A DNA stretch of 63,617 bases, counting the filler, from Reticulomyxa filosa (taxonomy: Eukaryota; Protista; Foraminifera): NCBI GenBank assembly GCA_000512085.1. It is 19 parts of 19 records of this genome, joined end to end, with 100 filler letters (N's around TTAATTAATTAA, not from the genome) between each part and the next. Parts side by side here need not be neighbours in the genome. Positions count along the whole stretch, not along the records: positions 12,474 to 13,689 come from ASPP01024132.1; positions 13,790 to 15,019 come from ASPP01022156.1; positions 15,120 to 19,087 come from ASPP01004867.1; positions 19,188 to 24,031 come from ASPP01036858.1; positions 24,132 to 25,389 come from ASPP01008604.1; positions 25,490 to 26,841 come from ASPP01004514.1; 13 more parts are not named here. One strand, written 5' to 3'. Shown here piece after piece: positions 13,019 through 25,512 of this stretch. Under the pieces are notes generated by a model. It searched no databases, was not told the DNA's origin, and saw only the letters and a list, made by a program, of their open reading frames with translations. The number at the start of each line of letters is the position of its first letter. Positions within the stretch are counted from its first letter, which is position 1. Made by a program: the position numbers and the translations under genes.

Positions 13019-13678
13019 TGCGCTGGGATTTCGCCTCCGTCCTCGACAATACCGACGCGCTGCTGGTCGGCGCCGCGGGCACCCTGCGCATCTTCGCGAT
13101 CTGCCTGGTGCTGGGCCTCAGCCTCGGTCTCGTCGTCGGCCTGGGCCGTTACTCCCGCAACCGCTGGCTCCACCATCCCCGGGCCACCATCTTCGTCGAG
13201 TTCTTCCGCAACACGCCGGTGCTCGTGCAGATCCTGTGGTTCTACTTCGCCTTGCCGATCCTGCTGCCCTTCGCGATCTCGCCGCTGGCTGCCGCGTCGC
13301 TCGGCATCTCGCTCAACTCGGCGGCCTTCTCGGCCGAGATCTATCGCGGCGGCATCCAGTCGATCGAGACCGGCCAGTGGGACGGCGCACGGGCGCTCGG
13401 CATGCGCTGGGGCCAGGCGATGCGGCGCATCATCCTGCCGCAGGCGCTGAAGCGCATGCTGCCCGCGCTGACCAACCGCGCCATCGAGATCTTCAAGATG
13501 TCGACGCTCGCCTGGCCTGGCCTATGTCGAGCTGCTGCAGCAGGGCAAGCTGATCGCCTCGCTCAACTACAATCCGATCGAGGCCTATACCGCCGTGGCC
13601 GTGATCTTCTTCGTCTTCCTGTGGCCGCTGGTCCAGTTCAGCTATTTCCTCGAACGACGGCTGAGGCGGGACGAATGA
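13018..13678 (+). CDS. Second bacterial amino-acid ABC permease (HisM/GlnP family), frameshift near 13512
   Basis: EFFRNTPVLVQILWFYF, SAEIYRGGIQSIETGQWDGARALGM, ILPQALKRMLP; the restored frame ends FLERRLRRDE-TGA with an ATGA overlap to a next gene starting at 13675 (MTILK...). Confidence 0.9.
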
Positions 13679-14757
13679 CGATCCTGAAGNNNNNNNNNNN
13701 NNNNNNNNNNNNNNNNNNNNNNNNNNNNNNNNNTTAATTAATTAANNNNNNNNNNNNNNNNNNNNNNNNNNNNNNNNNNNNNNNNNNNNCATTATCTAGC
13801 CTTTTCTTTATTATGATTAAGAGTTTTTTTTTCAAAAAAAAAAAAGTTGTGTTTAAAAAGGGACAACACGAAACTCTATTTTTATAAAGTGATTAACATT
13901 ATTGGACATCTTTATTTATTTTTAATTTTCTAAAAAAGTAAATGAAAACTACAGCAAAAATTTAATCCCTTTCGTTTTTTTTTTGGGAATACCTTGTGAA
14001 TAACAATAAAGACGAGAATCAAATATTTGTTTGTTTAACATAAACAACAAAACGAATATTTTAAACTCATTGTTATTTCCATTTTCTTAAAAAGGTACTC
14101 TGCAAATAGATTAATTTACTGAAACGAGGATTTAAATAGTTAGTTCAACTCTGTTGCTTGTTCTTTATTTTTCTTTTTTAATTATTTTTACAAGATTGCG
14201 GGAATAAGCAATTATTGTCAACAGAGTAATTTAGCTGTGAAATCTTCAATAAACATAAAGAATAAACAATTGAATTGCACAAATTTTACTACTCAGAAGT
14301 CAGCAAGGTGAAAAAGAGCAAGGAATAATTGTAATTGATTTTTGTGAACATGCATTGTTTTTAAATAGAAAATCTTCATAAAAATATTTTAAATTTATAT
14401 CATTGAAAAGAAAGTAAATGAAATTTTTATGATTTAAGAAAAAAAAGAAAAGGGTCAACTGAACTTTTTGCAACTTGATTGCAAATTAAATTAATAAAAT
14501 GACTAATTTGTTCTGGAGCGTTCAATTACAACATCCAATTTCTGCCAAAGCATTATGACAAAAAGAACTAGAGATAATTTAGTTTCAACAAATCTTTGTT
14601 TTTCTGTCTAGTTTTCATTTTATTTTATTTTTCTTTTGCTTCTTCATTAAGAAAAAACGCAGATATTGTAAAATTCTATTTTTTTAAAGTCCCTTTATTG
14701 AACTTGAAAAAAAGTAAAAATTTTCCATTTTACATCATTGAAGAATATCATTGCAAA

Positions 14758-14990
14758 ATGACAGATCTTATCAATCATAAACAAACTTTAACTCAGCTAG
14801 TAATGGTAAGTTTTATTCCAAATTTCTAAAAAGTCGATTGTCTTCAAGTTTAATTGTATTTATTGTATTTGGCTTGTGATTGAATTAGCCAGATGAAAAC
14901 GAAATCCAAATCATTATCCAGAATTGGATTCGAACATTATACATTACATTTGGATGGATAAATGATTTCGATAAACTGATTGTCAATTAT
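14758..14990 (+). CDS. 5' exons of a member of the expanded WD40 family (leader domain only; truncated by the contig end)
   Basis: Exon 1 14758-14805; exon 2 14889-14990 encodes PDENEIQIIIQNWIRTLYITFGWINDFDKLIVNY, matching the leader of the gene at 16007. Confidence 0.7.
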
Positions 14991-15479
14991 GTTACGTTTT
15001 TTTATTTTTGTCTTTTATTNNNNNNNNNNNNNNNNNNNNNNNNNNNNNNNNNNNNNNNNNNNNTTAATTAATTAANNNNNNNNNNNNNNNNNNNNNNNNN
15101 NNNNNNNNNNNNNNNNNNNTTATCCAACAAAAAAAAAAGTTATTAAAAAACAAATTTCATATTTAAAAAAAAAATTAGGTCTAAATGTTGATTTTTCATG
15201 GAGAAAATCAATTATCATCATATGATACCGTTTTAGGCGTTCAGTTTTCTTTGCAACCTACTATTTTATCTCATCCTATATTTATTATACACAGTAATAA
15301 ATATTTTTTTGGAAGTAACAAATATATTTTATATTAAGTTGAGATTGTTCATTGTTGTTTTCACAATCTCTTTTAATTTGATTGTTCGAATATCAAATAC
15401 ATTTTGATAATGTTGAAATTAATTTTTTGAATTCCAATTTGGTTCATTTTTGCATTCTTGTTTTGACTGTTTTTTAAAA

Positions 15480-15797
15480 TTCTATTGTCGAGGACAGATT
15501 ACCAATAAATTAAAAACTTGTTGTCTTGCCATTTTACCTTTTGAAAATTTACAATGACTATGTTGTCCGATTGGACATTGACTGCTGTGTTCATTGAGAT
15601 ATTGTCTAAACATTGTTCACCAATAAATGTTGATTGTTTACTATCTTGTTCATGTTCATTACAAACTAATTCAATTGAATAAACGTCCAAAGTTTTTCAA
15701 AAGCTTTATTTTAGTTGAAGAAGCTACCCGGTCCCTGTCATAACATTCAATAAGAGAAAAAAGCTTTCAACTTGTTCACTTTATTTTCTTTTTCATG
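15480..15797 (-). pseudogene. Degenerate RING/TRAF-type zinc-finger gene
   Basis: Across frameshifts reads ECYDRD..IELVCNEHE..IGEQCL/QYLNEHSSQCPIGQHSHCKFSK..LLVICPRQ-stop; homologous to 63061-63608. Confidence 0.65.
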
Positions 15798-16006
15798 TAA
15801 CAGTTTATCTTTTTTGTTTGCTTGCTTTCTCTTTTTTTTTAAGTTTGTGCAAAAAAAAATAGTATCATTTTGTATACAACGAAGTCAGGGATTAATTTAT
15901 TTGTTTTGAATGAAATAAAAGAAAAATATATAAAGGAACTAAAAAGTTCAAAGTGTTTTAAGGGCATTTCGTCTTGTTGTGTGGTCAATTTGCTACAAGT
16001 GAAAGG

Positions 16007-17154
16007 ATGAACATTACTACAACCTCACCATTGGTAAAACTTTCTTTGTTTCATCTAATTTTTGCAACATGCAAATGATTTTGAATTGTATGGCCTGAAC
16101 TAGTCAGAAAAAGGGGTGAATTTAATAATCCAAAATTGGATTCGAATTTTAAGTGTGAAACGGGGATGGATCAAAGATTTTGACAACATAATTGCTAAAT
16201 ATGTTATGTCAATAGTTGTTTTTGGATATAAATGAAAATATGTATTGATAAGTATGATATTTAAACTTACAGGCTAAAAATTTTGAATTATTGAAAGTAT
16301 TGGAAACAAATTGTATTGAAATAAAACGTATAAGATTTTCAAAAGACAAGTGTGTAATTATTTTGGCGTCAGAAGATGGTGGAATTCAATTATGGGATGT
16401 TGCATCAGGAAGTTATATCCAAACTCTTAGAGGACGCACAAATTGGATTACAGATGTAGATCTTTCATCAGATGGAAATAATGTAATATCATGTTCACGT
16501 GATAAAACTATTCGATTGTGGAGTGTGAAATCAGGACAACAGATTAAGATGTTGGATAGACATTCTAGTTGGATATCATGTATAAATTTTTCACCAAATG
16601 GAAAATATTTTATATCAGGTTCATCTGATGAAATAAAAATTTGGGATGCAGAATCAGGAAAAGAGATTAAAAAATTAATAGGTCATTCAAATGTAATAAA
16701 TAATGTAGAATTTTCGCCAAATGGTCAAATGATTGTATCGTCATCTGATGATGCAACAATTGGTATATGGGATATGAAAACAGGTAAAAAAATAAAACAT
16801 TTAAAAGGATCTTTTAATTGTGTAAGTTGTGCAAGATTTTCCCCAGATGGTCAACATATTGTATTTTCTTCCAATAATAAAACAATTCGAATATGGGAAA
16901 TTCAATCAGGAAAACAATTACAAGTTTTTGAAGGACATTCAGATGCTATTCGATATTTGAAATATTTTCCGGATGGACAAACGATTTGTTCTTGTTCAAA
17001 TGATGGAACAGCCCGTTTGTGGAATGTAAAATCTGGAAAAGAAATACAACAATTTAAAGGAAAACAGAAAGGCATTCTATTATTTGATATTTCGTCAGAT
17101 GGTAATACAATTGCATTAAATTCTGGAGAACGTTCAATTGAAATATGGGGTTGA
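16007..17154 (+). CDS. WD40-repeat protein, 3 exons (16007-16033, 16104-16202, 16273-17154), ~7 blades
   Basis: In-phase GT-AG introns; leader IIQNWIRILSVKRGWIKDFDNIIAKY; repeated GH..V..V.FSP.G..IVS.S.D.TIRIW units. Confidence 0.92.
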
Positions 17155-17722
17155 AAATAACATTGATGTATGTATTAATAGCGTTTATTTTTTGATTGGA
17201 TTTTGAACAAAAATAAGCTCTTCATTTTTGCTTTGCTTTAAAGAATCGTCACAATAATTATTCAAAATATATAAATATAAAAAGATCCAATAATTTTTAA
17301 AAAATCAAAATTTTTTTTTAATTATGAATTGCACTATTAACAATGTTTCATGAAAATTTTTTTGTTTGGAATGTTCGAGTCGTGAGGGTGTTCCCTTGAC
17401 AGTAAGGGACGTGAAGAAAAAGGTGATAATTAATGTATGTAAAAATAACAGTTGTTGAAATGGCGTGCTAAATATCAAACAAGTTTTCTTTGCTAATTAT
17501 ACAATGGTGAAATCCATTTAATAAATGCGTTTTAAATTAACAACATCGAGTTTATTTTATTATTATGCATTGAAAAAATGGGTTCAAATATGTATCGAAA
17601 AAGGAATTGTTCTTTGCAAAAGAAAATGCAAAGGAATATAAAACTCATGCAATGTATTTGTCTGTGTCGATTTTTGAATTAGTAAAAAAGAAGATAAAAG
17701 AGTTTGGCAGAGAAGCTGATAT

Positions 17723-19087
17723 CTATCCCCACGCTTGAATTCGACCCTTCCCTGATCCATAATATAAGATGGAGCCATAATCATCGCTAATACTTTTGTC
17801 ATTGCCCGTTACACGATTTTGACATGGCAAAAATAACAGACAATATATTCCACTATCTTTATCATGGTCATTGATTTCAAGCAACTGTTTACTGTTGCGA
17901 ACATCCCAAAAGCGAATTGTATTATCTAATGATCCAGAGCATATAATATTTGTACCTCCAGTTCCAATTTTAATTTCATTATCATTCCCACTTATAAACG
18001 GCGAGTATTCAACACAGTTTACATTGCTGCCATGTCCTTTGAGCACGTGAATTTCCGATTGGGATCGAATGTCCCACAAACGAACCGTTTTATCCCATGA
18101 TCCAGAACATAGTGTATTTCCTGATTCAAATGGCGAGTATTTTACACTGTTCACAGTATCTTCGTGTCCTTTGAACATTACCAATGGTTTGAAAGTTTCC
18201 ACATCCCATACGCGAATGGTGTTATCAACCGACCCAGAGCAAATGGTGTATCCGCTACCACCAATTACATTACTGTTACGATTAGAATTGCTATTACTTT
18301 GCAATGGCGAAAATTCAATACATCGAACAGCTTGTTTATGTCCTCTGAACACATTCAATTGCGTGAATGTTTCAATGTCCCATAAGCAAATCGTCTTATC
18401 ATAAGATCCGGAACACAGATATCGACCGCCATTGAAAGGTGAAAATTGAATACTGCTGACACCAGCATCATGTCCATAGAGTGTTTGAATTTGCTCATTC
18501 TCGCCAAAGTCCCAAAAACAGATAGTAGAGTCATTTGATGCCGAACATAAGACGAAGGGATAAGAATAGGCATTGTAATCATATGGTGAAAATTTCACAC
18601 AATGCACTGAACTGTGATGTCCACGAAATGTGAACAATGGTCTGCCGCTATATAAACTCCATACCATCACCTTTTCATCCAACGATCCAGAACAAAAGAA
18701 ATGACCACCGACAAATGGTAAATAATCAATACTGCACACAGTACTGGAATGTCCATTGTATGTTTTGATATCTGTGCCTTTGCGAAACAACTCAAAATTG
18801 CATTCCTTTGACGCATTTCTTTTGTCCAAATCATGCCGTTGAAAAGGGCTTTTATGACCCGAACGCAATGACACTCCTTCTCCCTTTGCCGCAATCGTTG
18901 TTTGTACAATTTCAATGTCATCCCAAAATTTGAATTTATTTTGTTTGTTCGTTTGCTCTTCTTTCGAATGGACCACTTCTTTCTTCTTTTGCTGTTCGGT
19001 TTCTATTATCTGCTTTTGTTTCAACTTATTTTTTATTTCTTTTTTCAATTTCTCAATTTCAACAACTATCTTGTTCTATTCATTTAT
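17723..19087 (-). CDS. WD40-repeat protein with an N-terminal coiled coil (5'-partial, intronless here), convergent with 16007-17154
   Basis: ~7 GH...CSGS.D.T...WD units preceded by a K/E/Q-rich coiled-coil segment. Confidence 0.92.
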
Positions 19088-19299
19088 NNNNNNNNNNNNN
19101 NNNNNNNNNNNNNNNNNNNNNNNNNNNNNNNTTAATTAATTAANNNNNNNNNNNNNNNNNNNNNNNNNNNNNNNNNNNNNNNNNNNNATCGTATGACATT
19201 CATTTAACATTTTATAAATGTATTCGCTTGCCCACAACATTTTTTTGTTTTTCTCTTAAAGTGTCTTTATTGTCCTTCAATTTCAGTGTACCTGTTGAG

Positions 19300-22200
19300 A
19301 AAGGGGCAACGGAGGAGAAAAGATTGAGTGCAAAGGTTGGCTACTTTAACGGCAAAATGAAGCCATCGTTGGTATATGAAATTGTATTGATATTACTGCA
19401 AGTCTTAACTGCAGTTCTGGCGATATCAAGTGTAAGCAATGTGGCTAAAGAAAACTCAAACTCAAAAGACACAATATATTCAAATAATCAAGACTGCATG
19501 TGCACATTATTATTATCATTGAATAAGTTGTCCAACCACTCTGCCAGCCGGATGTGGAAATCAAAAACGTTGAAATGCGTGCAATGTCCACAATACTTTG
19601 ACAACGCAACAGAAATATCGTTGCAATTGAAACACGCAAGTATACGTATTATCAAAATTACCACAATGCAGTCCAAGAAGAATACGTACACAAAAACGCC
19701 GGCCATTGATATGTTCACAACTTCAAGCATCTCGTCGACATACTTCAAACCAAAATACAGGTAAACAACAGGGACAGAAATATCTAAAGAAAAAAAAAAT
19801 GTTCATGAAAAAAAAAAAAAAAAGAGGTTTACGTACATCAAGAAAAAGTAAGGGGGAGGATGTATTGTACGTATGATGTATTTGATTTAAAATGGATTTT
19901 AAAAAAAAAAAATAGTGTATGTACCAGCATTGAAGTAGAAGTGGGTGTAATAGTGATAACAGCACCACAACTTATCGCATTCCAATCAAAAAGAATGGCA
20001 TTCCAAATATTCAAAGTCCAAAGTCTCCGTCCAAGCTATCATAGTCAACACGCTCAATTTTGCCATGCAATACAATTCGCTATTCTTCAATCACAAATCA
20101 ATTGGTAAGCAACACTTTTCAAATACTTTTGTATACTTCAATGTTATGTTTTTTTTTATTACTTTTTTTAAAAACAAACAAAAAAAAAATGGACAGGTCG
20201 TACGATGTGGCGCAAAAAAAAAGAAACATTGATGATATTGCCAACTTTGACAATTGCCCAATTGACTGCAAGTGTTGGTGCACATTTTGTGGAAAATCAG
20301 TCGCCGTCATGGATCAGCACCTGCCTTATGTGGTAGAAGCGCTGTTAGCGCAAATAAGGATTTGTGCAACACAACTGACAAACAATCGAATTGTAAGTCA
20401 GTGGTGATTCCAACCTTTTTTGTGCTGCAGAGCTACTTTCCACAAGGCATGGTCTATCCAAAAGCATTTATGCTATCACAATACAAACTCCACAATCATT
20501 AGCACAAGCACATCACATTGCCCACTCTGAACAAACTCGCATCAACATCCAAATCAAAACGTGACCCATGTGGTCTTGTCAAGTTATTTTTTATTTTATT
20601 TTTGTCATTGCAATAATAATAAGATATGTTTTTGTTTTTGTATAGATCAACAATGACGCAAATGGTTGGACTAATTGGATGGACTGTGAACAATGAAGAA
20701 CATTAACTATTGTGGCTTTGTGACGAAGTGCGAGATTGGCAATTACATTACAAAATATCAATAAAGGTAATATCTTGTGTTTTTATTTATGTTTATCTTG
20801 TAAATATATCTTGTGGTGTTGCTTATATAGGACCACAAGCTGTGATGAAAAGAAAAAAAGAATACGGGGTAGAAACCACCCCGTCTCCGAAAGGAGAAAC
20901 AAAGGTTTGTTATATTTATCTTTTTTTTAAAAATATGTTTAAGTTTTTTGATTTGTGTTTTGTAACATAGGTTCCCCTGTCCGCAATGCCCGTTACAAAT
21001 CTATGTCCCATCCCCTTCACACTCAAAAAAAAAGAAAATTGGGGTCGAAATCTACCCCCGTATCCTCAATGAGGAAAAATTGTTTGTGCTGTTTATATTT
21101 ATTTATATACATAGATATTTTTTTGTTATGTAATGTTATGTTTGTTTGATTCAATAGGATTCCCCCTTCAAATTAAAAAAAATATATGTATACTTTTTAT
21201 TTTTTTATTTATTTGTCCCCCTCCCTAAAAAAAAAAGTATTGTTAGTACCTTTATAGGAAAAAAGAAATATGTGTGCAGATGAAACTCCAAATTATAGTT
21301 ATCAATATTTTTTTTTGTCTATTATTTAAAAGATTATAAAAGTAACTTTTTTGTTTGCATATAGGTCAGTGGGCAACAAAACATTGGCAGTGTATGTATC
21401 TGTATTGAAAGTGTGGTTGGAAAAAAGGGAGAAATAAAGAATAAGTGGGGAAGAAATAGAATAATAAAAGAAAAAAAGGGAGAAGAAAAAAAAACTTGAA
21501 GAAAAAAAAAGGTAGTAATAAGAAAAAAAAGAATAATAAAAAGAAAAAGAAAAAAAAAGAAAAAAATGACATTTTTATATGAAAAATAATGAAAAAGAAA
21601 TAATAAGAAAAAAAGAAAAAAGAACAAAGATGATAAATGTAAAAAAATTTTATATTTGAAATAATTAATTTTATTTTAATATTTGAAAGTGATTATATCC
21701 CGCGCGGGATCAAAATGAATTTGGTAAGTTTTTCTCTTTTTGTGTGTTTGTTTAAAAAAATGTATGTGTGGTTGAATGTTATAGAACTCGAAGGTTGGCA
21801 ATGCGTTCATGTGGAAGCATCATACCAAAAACTGTTTGATGCGGCGAAGGTATTTAAGTGGACGTGCAAGAAGTGAATAATCAATGGATCAAAAGGCAAA
21901 GTGTGGAATCACAATTGAAGAAGAAGGCATGAAAATATCGAAGCAATGACGTAAACATAGATATGAACTATGCATGATAAATCTGTTTAAAAAAAGGCCA
22001 ATTGAATTCACATCAAATGATGCTTTTTCACGAATCTTGCGTACGGATTAAACAACGTGGATTGGCAACGACCCAATTGGATAGTATCTTTGACCAAATC
22101 GTGGACAAATACCAAATGTTTGTGTGTTGTGTGTTTGTATATACATATACGTTGGTGACTAAATCAAATACCAAAAGCAAGGAAAAAAAAAACAAAAACA

Positions 22201-24031
22201 AAGCAAACAAACGATATGGTTGTGATGACAGAATTATTCTAATGGCGCTCAATTTCTTGCAAACAATGAAAGATTTGAAAATGCGAGAACAAGAAGCACA
22301 TGAAAACTTGAAATATTGAAATTCGGCAAGCCGACGTTCCCTTCGCTGCGAGCCATTTCACGTCAAATGTCTGATTGGTAAAAAGAACAATTTGTTATTG
22401 GGTCAACCTATAAATGGTGTGAGTTTTCATTCTAGACTACAAACACAAAAACTATAGATCACACCATCTTATATCCGCACACTTGTATATTTAAAAAAAA
22501 GAATTTATATATCTGTTTTGTTTGGAAAAAAAAATCATAAAAACAAAATAATTAGTATAAGTAAGTTCGAAGTACAATGATCACCACAGGAATTGCACAA
22601 GCACAAATTTGGTGGAGCAACACCTAATTTTGGAGATAAGCGCATCTTCAATATTTTGGTCAATTCTGTCCTCCAAGACATTTAATAACATGTTTGTCAT
22701 TGTTTTTTTTTTTCCATTTTTTTTTTATTCCTTTGTCTGAAGCGTTTCAATTGCTTGTTGACACAACTTGTATTCGACAGATTTTGGAACATTGCCCGAT
22801 GGAAGATTCCAAATTCCAATAACAAACACAACAATTGTCTGCCAAATTTCCTTCATTCAAGGAACTTTTGAATAAAAAGTCTGGAATTACCCAAAGTAAG
22901 AGAATTGGATATGGCCATGGTAATCAGTGAATTTTAAAACAATCAATGGAGCAGTCACTCTACTTGGTGTTGAAGAGCGCATTTTGAATTGTCGTGAAAT
23001 GTTAGTTGTCGCTATTCATGATGCGGATTCTACTACTGGAGACGATTACTTGCCTCTGGTTAGCAAGTTATTCGTCTCTTGACTTTTTGATCGAGCAAAT
23101 CCTATCAAAAAAATACATGCTTCAAATATAAACACATAATTCATAATAATTAAAGCAGAGCCTGATCACTTACCATCACAATTACAAATAGCAAAGGTCA
23201 TTAGTAAAAAAAAAAATCAAGATAAATATTTTATTGATACGATTGGGCGATGAATGCGGTTCGTAACTTTGCGTATCCCATTTTTGGACAAGCAACTACA
23301 GTGAACTGAAAGTGCAACTACGAAAGTATCAGGAAAAAAAAAAGAGTCAGTACTGACACTACTGCCAAAGAGCCATGATCCATCACTCACAATTCCAATT
23401 AAACAATTGAACAGGTGATGGAAACAAATCAAGCAACAATAGCACATCTCTTCCAGCCAAAATTTCATCACAGCCAAACAACCAGCAGCCAGGTTCCAGT
23501 GATATTGCTGAAGAAAAGCAATCAGAAAAAGGTAATAAAACAAACTTTATCACAATAGAAAGCCTTCATTAATCTCTTTTGTCACTGTGAATGTTTTAAT
23601 ATTGAGGAAAATCAGAAAGAAGAAAATGGAAAGGACGGATATTGTACAAACTCAGCTATGGTCAAATAATGGAGTACGTTGCGTGGTTGAAGATTCATCA
23701 AAGACTTAAAACAGCGTTGGGTCGCATTCGCTCATGCTATCCGCGACTTTGCCAAAGGATAAAGTAAACGTCAATACAAACAAGGCATCCCAAAAAAAAA
23801 AGAGTCTTTGGATTATGTGGTCCGAGTACGAATCAAAGTTGAAAATGGAGTCGGAACCCAAGGCCGAAGACGGAGTGATTAGCGCGATGATTGGCAGAGC
23901 GAACAAAGTTTGGGCCAAGATTGACATTGACCAGTATTTGGAACAGCAAATGTTTCATGATCGATCCAACCATGGAGAGTATTTATGCTTTTCAATTGAG
24001 TCGATCAAAAGGAAAAGAACTACCGCGTGTT
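19300..24031 (+). pseudogene. Heavily disrupted multi-exon gene or genes of unknown product
   Basis: Coding-like blocks flanked by GT/AG (e.g. 19300-19760, 20195-20575, 22720-23100, 23600-24030) but with frequent stops and frameshifts in all frames; no domain recognised. Confidence 0.3.
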
Positions 24032-24153
24032 NNNNNNNNNNNNNNNNNNNNNNNNNNNNNNNNNNNNNNNNNNNNTTAATTAATTAANNNNNNNNNNNNN
24101 NNNNNNNNNNNNNNNNNNNNNNNNNNNNNNNGGGGGGGGGGAAAAAAAAAAAG

Positions 24154-24470
24154 AATGGTCGACACATGGAACTTGCTGGGACAAGACCCCAAATGCCTTT
24201 TTTGAGCAAGCGTTGCAATGGCACAGTGCTTATGATATTCCCACAATTTTGAGAAACAACAATTTCCAACAAGAGGTAAAGTATTCCAAGACGGACATTG
24301 AAAATGCATTGACGAAAAACATGTGGGGAACCCAAGTCCAAGTCACTTGCTCGAGTGGTGGTGAGTACATCGACCAATTCTTGGCGTGCTTTGATTGGAG
24401 TGGAAAGCCATTGAATTGCCCTACACCGCAATCAAGCGTTTGTGGATCCACTGTCATTTTGAGCTCTTAA
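24154..24470 (+). CDS. Ribonuclease T2 family, last exon
   Basis: After the acceptor AG reads (E)WSTHGTCW (CAS II motif HEWxKHGTC), followed by T2-type C-terminal Cys pattern VTC..ACFD..NCP..C. Confidence 0.85.
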
Positions 24471-24980
24471 GAGGAAGACAGGAGAAGATCTTTTTCTCTT
24501 TTTTGAACATTCTGTGGGTTGATTGGTTAATACTTTAAGATAAGGGGCGATGGTGTTCAAAAGTCTATTTTTTGTTTGGTTTAAATTATGTGACGACTTT
24601 CTTTCTTTGAGGTATATCATTTATTCTTACTCCTTTGTTTATTGGACGTTCAATCCGACGGAAATGTGTCTATATCAGTAGATATAGACCTTCTTTTTCT
24701 TTACGGCCGCAACTCCACTATATCGTATTTCTTCAATTGTCGCTGACTTAGTTTTTTTCTTACGCGTGGACACAAATCCTATTCCCATTTTGCCGGCATA
24801 CTTGTATATTCATGCACGGTGGTGTTTCAAAATAAATTTTTGTTTTGCCGGCTTATAAAATCCTGCACTGAGATTTTTTTTAAAAAAAAGCATAAGTTGT
24901 CAAGGTTTAAAGGCGTCGACAAAAAAAAACTTGGTTTTAAAAAAAAAGGAAATTTATATAATTTTTTTTTTTGAAAAAGC

Positions 24981-25346
24981 ATGAATAGTGACATAAGACA
25001 AGACGGTGCAGCGGAGGTGAATACAGAGGTATTGGAATCCTCCTTTCAGAAGTTGGATTTGGGTAATGACGGAGTAAGTAAAAAAGAGCCGAGGTCTCGA
25101 GAGGACTCGGTCAGTCCGGACGAGAACAATGACAAGAAGGGGAAGAAAAAGTGGAGGAAGCCGAAGCAAAAGAAGAAGGAAGGAGAAGATAAAACGGAAT
25201 CGTCATCGAGTAATTCAGACAATGAGAGTAGTGATGAGGGATCAACAAGTGGAAGCGATGATAGTGGTAGCAGTAGTGATAGTGATAGCGGCAGTGATAG
25301 TGGCAGTGATAATCATAGTCAGAGTAATAGCCATAGTCGAAGTGAC

Positions 25347-25347
<1 letters not shown>
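24981..25347 (+). CDS. 5' exon of a Lys- and Ser/Asp-rich low-complexity protein (truncated)
   Basis: ATG-initiated ORF with a basic cluster and SDSGS repeats, ending in a poly-A run at the contig end. Confidence 0.55.
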
Positions 25348-25382
<35 letters not shown>

Positions 25383-25512
25383 AAGAAAANNNNNNNNNNN
25401 NNNNNNNNNNNNNNNNNNNNNNNNNNNNNNNNNTTAATTAATTAANNNNNNNNNNNNNNNNNNNNNNNNNNNNNNNNNNNNNNNNNNNNGAATAAATTAA
25501 ATAAATGAATCA

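Noticed and set aside
21334-21627. Phe/Leu-rich membrane-protein ORFs
   Set aside because: Antisense translation of an A/G-rich low-complexity tract.
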